Shown here piece after piece: positions 36,229 to 41,778 of a stretch of 41,778 nt of DNA. Origin of the DNA: a virus (taxonomy: Duplodnaviria; Caudoviricetes); the IMG/VR virus record IMGVR_UViG_3300049051_000014, positions 1 to 41,778 of that record. One strand, given 5' to 3'. Both the position numbers and the translations under genes were made by a program. Position 1 is the stretch's first letter; each line of letters begins with the position of its first letter. The notes below the pieces were generated by a model. The model saw only the letters and a list, made by a program, of their open reading frames with translations, did no database searches and was not told the origin of the DNA.

Positions 36229-38351
36229 TGCCTACCTATCGAATCACCGCCCCGGATGGGAAGAGCTACGACGTCACCGCTCCTGAAGGTGCTAGCGAGC
36301 AGGATGTGCTGGCCTACGCGCAACGTAGCTTCAAGATGGCAGCCGCTCCCAAGACCGAGACGCCGAAGCCGCCAAAGCCGTTCGGCCAGCAGCTGAACGA
36401 AGCCATTGCCGACGCGCCGCGCCAGCTCGGGCTGACAGGTCGCTATGCACTGGAAGGCATCGGCGGCGCATTCGATGCCCTGATCGGCAATCCGTTGCGC
36501 ACGCTGACGGCCCCGGTGCTGGGGAACAAGCCGACCGCTGACACTGGAGGAGCCCTCGCCGATCTGGTCCGGCTGCCGAAGCCGCAGACGGCCGGTGAGC
36601 GGGTGGTGGGCGACGCAGCGCGACTGCTGGCCGGTGGTGCGGTTCCGATTGCCGCCGGCGCCAAACTTGCGCAGCTCCCAGGGCTGGCCGGCGCGGTCGG
36701 CGCGCAGATGGCAGCGAATCCTGGCACCCAGTTGGCTTCCGCCGCCGCTGCTGGTGCCGCTGGTAGCTACACCCGTGAGACGGGCGGCAATTCCGGGTCG
36801 CAGCTGGCCGCCTCGCTGGCGGCAGGCCTCGCCACGCCATTCGCCATGAACGGCGCGCAGCGGGCGGCAGCGGCCGTGCGCCAGGCCATCACCCCGCGTC
36901 AGGTAGCCGCTCCGCAGATCGACGTCACGATCAACAACGCGATCAAGGACAGCGGTCTGCAGCTGGGTGATCTGCCGGCGGACGTGGCGCGAAGTATCCG
37001 CGCCGACGTGGCCCAGGCCCTGCAGACCGGCGGCAACCTGTCCGAGGACGCCGTGCGCCGCCTGGCAGACTACCGCCTGACCGGGCTGACGCCGACTCGG
37101 GCCAGCCTGACATTGAACCCCGGCGACGTGACACGCCAGAAGAACCTGGCCAAGCTGGGGGCAAACAGCAGCGATCCAGCGGCCCAGCAGCTGGCCGAAG
37201 TCCAGAATACCAACAACCGCGCCCTGACCCAAGGCCTGAACGACCTGGGCGCCGCGGCCGCCGGCGATCCGATCAGCGGCGCCCAGCGCATCATGGGCGC
37301 GCTGTCGGCTCGCAATGACCGCGCCAAGGCGATCATCGACAGCGCCTACCAGAATGCACGGGACACCGAGGGCCGGGCCGCCATGCTCGACCCGGCTGCT
37401 TTCACACGCCAGGCCGACGACCTGCTGAAGAAGGCGCTCCTGCAGGGCAAACTGCCCACCGATGTGCGCCAGCTGCTGAACGGGACGGCCACCGGCGAAA
37501 TCCCGTTCACGGTCGACGTGGCGGAGCAGTTCAAGACCCGCCTGGCCGAGGCGGCGCGCGACGCATCCCGAGCCGGCGACGGCTCCACGGCCAAGGCGGT
37601 CGGTCTGGTGCGCCAGGCGCTGGAGGACACGCCGCTGCAACCTGGTCAGAACATCGGCCAGCAGTCCATCGACGCCTTCAACAAGGCCCGGGCGCTGAAC
37701 CGAAGCTGGATGAGCATCGTGGAGCGCACGCCGGCGCTGCAGGCGGTGCGCGACGGCATCGAGCCGGACAAGTTCGTGCAGCAGTACATCATCGGCAGCG
37801 GCAACGGTGCTTCCACCATGGGGGTGGCCCAGCTGAAGAACTCGATCAAGGGCAACGCCGATGCCATGCAGGCAGTGAAGGAGCAGATTGCCGCCTACCT
37901 CAAAAACAAGGCCCTTGGCGGCGCAGCGGACGAGGTAGGGAACTTCAGCCAGTCGGCCTACAACAAAGCGCTCGATGCCGTGGGAGACCGCAAGCTGAGG
38001 CTGTTCTTCTCGCCGGAGGAAGTGAACCAGATGGAGGCCATCGGCCGCGTGGCCAGCTATGAGCAGGTGCAACCTGCCGGCGCCGCGGTGAACAATTCGA
38101 ACACGGCAGGCGCAATGGGTGGGCTGCTGGAGCGCCTGGCCGGCTCCGCATTGCTCGGGAAATTGCCGCTGGGCCGCGCCGCGATCGGCGATCCACTGCA
38201 GAACATCGTGATCGGCCAGCAGGCCGGCAATGCCCTAAACGCGCCGCGCGCGCTGCTCGGTGCACCTGGCCCGGCACCGGTCACCCCGCGCGGCGCCGCA
38301 CCGCTGATTCCGCCGTCGCTTTTGTTCACTTTGCCGATGCAGAAGGAATAG
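36225..38351 (+). CDS. Large DNA ejection / internal virion protein 3
   Basis: YRITAPDGKSYDVTAPEGA start; 708 aa Ala-rich helical; last structural gene. Confidence 0.65.
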   Translation: MMPTYRITAPDGKSYDVTAPEGASEQDVLAYAQRSFKMAAAPKTETPKPPKPFGQQLNEAIADAPRQLGLTGRYALEGIGGAFDALIGNPLRTLTAPVLGNKPTADTGGALADLVRLPKPQTAGERVVGDAARLLAGGAVPIAAGAKLAQLPGLAGAVGAQMAANPGTQLASAAAAGAAGSYTRETGGNSGSQLAASLAAGLATPFAMNGAQRAAAAVRQAITPRQVAAPQIDVTINNAIKDSGLQLGDLPADVARSIRADVAQALQTGGNLSEDAVRRLADYRLTGLTPTRASLTLNPGDVTRQKNLAKLGANSSDPAAQQLAEVQNTNNRALTQGLNDLGAAAAGDPISGAQRIMGALSARNDRAKAIIDSAYQNARDTEGRAAMLDPAAFTRQADDLLKKALLQGKLPTDVRQLLNGTATGEIPFTVDVAEQFKTRLAEAARDASRAGDGSTAKAVGLVRQALEDTPLQPGQNIGQQSIDAFNKARALNRSWMSIVERTPALQAVRDGIEPDKFVQQYIIGSGNGASTMGVAQLKNSIKGNADAMQAVKEQIAAYLKNKALGGAADEVGNFSQSAYNKALDAVGDRKLRLFFSPEEVNQMEAIGRVASYEQVQPAGAAVNNSNTAGAMGGLLERLAGSALLGKLPLGRAAIGDPLQNIVIGQQAGNALNAPRALLGAPGPAPVTPRGAAPLIPPSLLFTLPMQKE

Positions 38352-38354
38352 CGA

Positions 38355-38450
38355 CTACTTCTTGCGGCCGTAGAGCCACGCATTGATGACGAAGGCGAGC
38401 ATTGCCCCCAGCTGGATCGGGTCGAACCCGTAGAAGGTGTCGGCATTCAT
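38355..38450 (-). CDS. 31-aa single-TM peptide antisense to late operon (not in ORF track)
   Basis: MNADTFYGFDPIQLGAMLAFVINAWLYGRKK; upstream extended -10 TGCTAAACT. Confidence 0.5.
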   Translation of the reverse strand: MNADTFYGFDPIQLGAMLAFVINAWLYGRKK

Positions 38451-38497
38451 GGCTATTCCGGTGGTAGTGGTACCGACCAGTTTAGCACCCTCTCAAC

Positions 38498-38522
38498 AGC
38501 CGCCAACCGGCGGCTTTTTTTT
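38498..38522 (+). terminator. Terminator before lysis cassette
   Basis: AGCCGCC-AACC-GGCGGCT plus T-run. Confidence 0.75.
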
Positions 38523-38549
38523 CACTTCGCAAAGAAAGGCAGGGCCGCA

Positions 38550-38912
38550 ATGGCTGAACCTACGAGCTCGACCGCCGGCATCGCAATTGCCGCGGGCACC
38601 ATCACGCTTTCCGGGTCGATCCTGGGCGTGCACTACGACGCCTTGCTGGCCGGATTCTTCGGCGGCCTGGTCTCGCTTTCCTACCTGCCGTCCATGAGCA
38701 TTCCGCGCATCGCCGGCACCGTGATCGCATCGGCGCTGACCGCAGGCTTCTTCGCCCCAGTGCTGAGCGTCGCGGCCGTCAACTACTTCTCCTGGCTGGC
38801 CGGCACCGGCGACAACGCCCGCATCGCGGCCGCAGCTGCGATCGGGCTGTGCGCACAAGTCGCCATCCCGGCCATTTTCAACCTGATCCGCAAGAAAGGG
38901 GGCCTCGCATGA
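38550..38912 (+). CDS. Putative holin
   Basis: Multiple TM helices, basic C-terminus, upstream of endolysin. Confidence 0.7.
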   Translation: MAEPTSSTAGIAIAAGTITLSGSILGVHYDALLAGFFGGLVSLSYLPSMSIPRIAGTVIASALTAGFFAPVLSVAAVNYFSWLAGTGDNARIAAAAAIGLCAQVAIPAIFNLIRKKGGLA

Positions 38913-39181
38913 GCACCGCCCTGGCATTCCTCAACACGATGGCCGCCGCCATCATCCTCCTGCATGGCCTGTTCCACGTTATCAACGCGATGGGCCATGC
39001 CACCCGCCACGGCATGCGCTGCGCCTGGATCGTGCTCACCACCGGCGCCCTGGGCGTGCTGCTCGGCCCGCTGTTCGATAAGCCAGTTCCGAGCCCCTAC
39101 TGGACCGGCGTGCTGGTGGGTATCGCTCTGTACATCCTGTTCGACCGCCGCCGCGACAGCACCAGGAGGATCTTCGGATGA
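38909..39181 (+). CDS. Second lysis membrane protein (holin/antiholin)
   Basis: Three hydrophobic segments, basic tail, ATGA overlaps. Confidence 0.6.
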   Translation: MSTALAFLNTMAAAIILLHGLFHVINAMGHATRHGMRCAWIVLTTGALGVLLGPLFDKPVPSPYWTGVLVGIALYILFDRRRDSTRRIFG

Positions 39182-39636
39182 GCCCCAACCTGAAAGCCTT
39201 TCTCGACATGATCGCCTGGAGCGAGATCGGGCCGGCGCTGCTGGCCAAGAGCGACAACGGCTACAACGTGTGCGTCGGCTCGACGCCGGAGAAGCCCATC
39301 CTGTTCAACAGCTATGCCGCGCACCCGCAGCGGCGCAACGCCGCGATGAACAGCGACGCCGCCGGCCGGTACCAGTTCATGGGCCGCTACTGGCACTTCT
39401 ACAAGGACAAGCTGCAGCTGCCCGACTTCGGCCCTGCGTCGCAGGACAAGTGGGCGGTGCACCTGATCCAGGAATGCCGCGCGCTGAACGACGTCGAGGC
39501 CGGCCAGTTCGAAGCCGCGGTGGCTAAGTGCCGTAGCCGCTGGGCCAGCCTACCGGGCGCCGGCTACGGCCAGCACGAGAACAAGCTGGCCGACCTGCGC
39601 AACGCCTATACGAGCGCTGGGGGGACTTTGGCATGA
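39178..39636 (+). CDS. Endolysin, lambda R-like lytic transglycosylase
   Basis: AFLDMIAWSE, AAGRYQF, DFGPASQD, WASLPGAGYGQHE. Confidence 0.93.
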   Translation: MSPNLKAFLDMIAWSEIGPALLAKSDNGYNVCVGSTPEKPILFNSYAAHPQRRNAAMNSDAAGRYQFMGRYWHFYKDKLQLPDFGPASQDKWAVHLIQECRALNDVEAGQFEAAVAKCRSRWASLPGAGYGQHENKLADLRNAYTSAGGTLA

Positions 39637-40127
39637 ACCTGACTGCCCTGGTACCAGCCCCCTACAGAATCGCGCTCCTGGGCGCGCTGTGCGCGGCCCT
39701 GATGGGCTATGGATGGGTGAAGGGAGCTTCCCACGTCCAGGCCAAATGGGACGCCGAGAACGCCGGCCGCGCCCAGGCCGTCACCGACGCGCTGCTCGCG
39801 CGCGTCGACGCCAACAAGGCCGTGGCCAAGCGCCAGGCCGCCATCAATGCAGCAATCCAGAAAGGAAAAGATGATGAAATCGCTCAGCTCTATGCTCGGC
39901 TCGCTTCTGCTGGCCGCCTGCGCGTCGGCGCCGCCCTCTGTGGTGGAGCTGCCGCCCCCGCCCATGCCGAGGGCCCCCGAGGCGGCGATGAGCCCGATTC
40001 ACCCGGCCGGCTGGTTCGAGAAGACGTTGACCGAGATCTTAAAGCGCTGATCCTGGCGGTCGAAACCGATCTGGCCACCGGCCGCGCCTGCCAGGCATTC
40101 GTCAAGGATCATGGTTTTGCGCCGTAA
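39633..40127 (+). CDS. Rz: Rz-like inner-membrane spanin
   Basis: N-terminal TM, coiled coil, C-terminal ACQAFV; after endolysin. Confidence 0.8.
   Translation: MNLTALVPAPYRIALLGALCAALMGYGWVKGASHVQAKWDAENAGRAQAVTDALLARVDANKAVAKRQAAINAAIQKGKDDEIAQLYARLASAGRLRVGAALCGGAAAPAHAEGPRGGDEPDSPGRLVREDVDRDLKALILAVETDLATGRACQAFVKDHGFAP
39871..40050 (+). CDS. Rz1: Rz1-like outer-membrane lipoprotein spanin embedded in Rz
   Basis: Alternate frame inside Rz; lipobox LAAC; Pro-rich mature region; AGGA RBS. Confidence 0.8.
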   Translation: MMKSLSSMLGSLLLAACASAPPSVVELPPPPMPRAPEAAMSPIHPAGWFEKTLTEILKR

Positions 40128-40490
40128 TGTAGCGGCAAAGCAACATTGCGAAATTCTGCAAAACCTAACTCCGTATATCACAGAATGCGAATTTGTCTGT
40201 TCAAAATATGTTTTCTTGCAGATCAAATTGCATTTTGTCGACGTATCGTCGCCCGGAAATATCCGAGATTTACTTTTGCAATCAGAAACTTAAGCGAGTT
40301 CAGCATTCGTAATTCAGAAAAACAGAATTCCCATATGCCGGCCGCTTTTTCTATGGTTGCGAAACTCAACAGGGTGTTGATATTCTATTTTCATGCGATG
40401 ACCAATCGCGAAAAGAAAAGCCCCGCAACGACTTTCTCAGGGCACGTTGCGGGGCTGATTTCCCAACCTGTTAAAAGCAAGGAAACTCTG

Positions 40491-40793
40491 ATGGATATTA
40501 CGTCCGCCTCTACAGACGGTCAACTTGAAGCACACGATTCGTCAACTTCGAACGACATCGTGCTGCTCTGCGAGCTGGTGCAATTCCTCCGCGCCTGGTT
40601 CGACGCGTTCCAGTCTACGATCCAGCAGCTGGACAAGGCCGCGTCCTCCAAAGCGCATGATGCCTTTGCCGAGGCCGTCATCTTGGCGCGCCGCATCGCT
40701 CGGCAGCTGGGCGTCACCCTCCCCGACTTCTCGACCGTCGAATGGTCGCCATCCGTACCGCCGGCTGAGCATGCCGCCGCGTTCGATCTGTAG
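40491..40793 (+). CDS. Hypothetical protein (moron near right att)
   Basis: ATG with AAGGA RBS; 100 aa helical. Confidence 0.5.
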   Translation: MDITSASTDGQLEAHDSSTSNDIVLLCELVQFLRAWFDAFQSTIQQLDKAASSKAHDAFAEAVILARRIARQLGVTLPDFSTVEWSPSVPPAEHAAAFDL

Positions 40794-40888
40794 GCCGAAA
40801 TGAAAAAACGCAGCGTGGATATTATCGCTGACGATAATATACAGTGCTGCGTTTCTATACAGTGCCACTCGTAAGTGGTTGATTCTAA

Positions 40889-40965
40889 TGGTCGGGGCGA
40901 GAAGATTCGAACTTCCGACCCCCTGCACCCCATGCAGGTACGCTACCAGGCTGCGCTACGCCCCG
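40889..40965 (-). tRNA. tRNA-Pro(GGG), 77 nt with encoded CCA; 3' 45 bp form the right att site
   Basis: CGGGGCGTAGCGCAGCCTGGTAGCG...CCTGC-ATGGGGT-GCAGG...GTTCGAATC...CGCCCCGACCA cloverleaf. Confidence 0.96.
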
Positions 40966-41029
40966 ACTCGAGCCATGAATTATATCAGAGCAATTTGAGG
41001 TTTTGTCAAAGTTGCTTCAAACTCCAGGG

Positions 41030-41778
41030 ATGACGATCGAACGACACCTGGCCGAGCGTGCGGCCGAACTCATTGCGCAAGCCGACGGACTGGTAATCGC
41101 GGCCGGCGCCGGCATGGGCGTGGACTCCGGTTTGCCGGACTTTCGCGGCAACGAAGGGTTCTGGAATGCCTACCCTGCCCTGGGCCGGGCCCGGATGGAG
41201 TTCGCCAGCATTGCCTCTCCGCGCAGCTTCCACGAGGACCCTGCTTTGGCCTGGGGCTTCTATGGGCACCGGCTGGCGCTGTATCGCGCAACCGTGCCGC
41301 ATGAAGGCTTCGCGCTACTGAAGGCCTGGGGCGAGGCGATGGATCATGGCTGCTTTGTCTTCACCAGCAATGTCGATGGGCAGTTCCAGAAGGCGGGCTT
41401 TGATCCGCGCGCCATTTATGAGTGCCATGGGTCGATTCATCACTTGCAGTGCCTGGCGCCGTGCGGCGGCAAGATCTGGGCGGCTGACGATTTTGTTCCG
41501 GATGTCGATGCTGACGCTTGCCGACTGGGTAATGAGCCGCCGCGCTGCCCCGATTGCGGTGGGCTGGCGCGGCCGAATATCCTGATGTTTGGCGATTGGG
41601 ATTGGGTCGAGCGGCGCAGTGCAATGCAGGCGGCAAGGCTGGATGAGTGGTTGGCGCATGTGCGTCGTCCACTGGTGATTGAGCTGGGGGCGGGGACGGC
41701 GATTCCTTCGGTGCGCCATTTCGGGCACGGCGTGGTGCAGCGCGGGGGAAGGATGGTGCGGATTAATCCGCACCATCC
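41030..41778 (+). CDS. Sir2-family NAD-dependent deacylase (host gene, 3' truncated by window)
   Basis: AGAGMGVDSGLPDFRG, TSNVDGQFQKAG, ECHGSIH, CPDCGGLARPNILMFGD, ELGAG; missing from ORF track because it runs off the window. Confidence 0.92.
   Translation, partial: MTIERHLAERAAELIAQADGLVIAAGAGMGVDSGLPDFRGNEGFWNAYPALGRARMEFASIASPRSFHEDPALAWGFYGHRLALYRATVPHEGFALLKAWGEAMDHGCFVFTSNVDGQFQKAGFDPRAIYECHGSIHHLQCLAPCGGKIWAADDFVPDVDADACRLGNEPPRCPDCGGLARPNILMFGDWDWVERRSAMQAARLDEWLAHVRRPLVIELGAGTAIPSVRHFGHGVVQRGGRMVRINPHH

Larger units (their letters stand above)
1286..40933. mobile_element. Complete temperate prophage (lambdoid regulation, podovirus-type virion) integrated in tRNA-Pro(GGG), carrying a two-target DGR
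   Basis: Flanking 45-bp direct repeats, integrase, cI/cro, replication, terminase, portal, capsid, tail, ejection and lysis genes; no tape measure gene. Confidence 0.95.

Noticed and set aside
35394-38072. Long antisense ORFs (892 aa here; also 20747-22936, 23274-24629, 1541-2725)
   Set aside because: Shadow frames of high-GC coding genes on the opposite strand with no recognisable motifs
40847-40862. Possible LexA box CTGCGTTTCTATACAG
   Set aside because: Imperfect CTGT-N8-ACAG match, not upstream of a gene, and overlaps the att-arm hairpin

Overview
Nearly the whole window is one apparently complete ~39.6 kb temperate prophage (1286-40933). It is integrated in the 3' end of a tRNA-Pro(GGG) gene and bounded by a 45-bp direct repeat. 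Host flanks are a partial methyltransferase and a PEP-CTERM gene on the left and a Sir2-family gene on the right. The phage has a lambdoid layout: int/xis, leftward early operon with RecT/YqaJ, cI-cro-cII switch, replication, Q, podovirus-type head/short-tail/ejection genes and a lysis cassette. The standout feature is a diversity-generating retroelement (DGR) inside the leftward EARLY operon. It comprises RT, a 116-bp template repeat and an Avd fused to an N-terminal MutS-domain-I-like module. It has TWO target genes, one adjacent and one ~4.6 kb upstream beyond recT/yqaJ. By manual alignment the two variable repeats differ from the TR at 19 and 22 positions, all of them TR adenines, and both are followed by the same hairpin. 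The targets are small paralogous CLec/FGE-fold proteins with no signal peptide or virion anchor, and the real tail fibre carries no VR. This suggests hypermutation of intracellular early proteins rather than receptor-binding proteins. Protein-family calls are from motif recognition only; no database searches were run.
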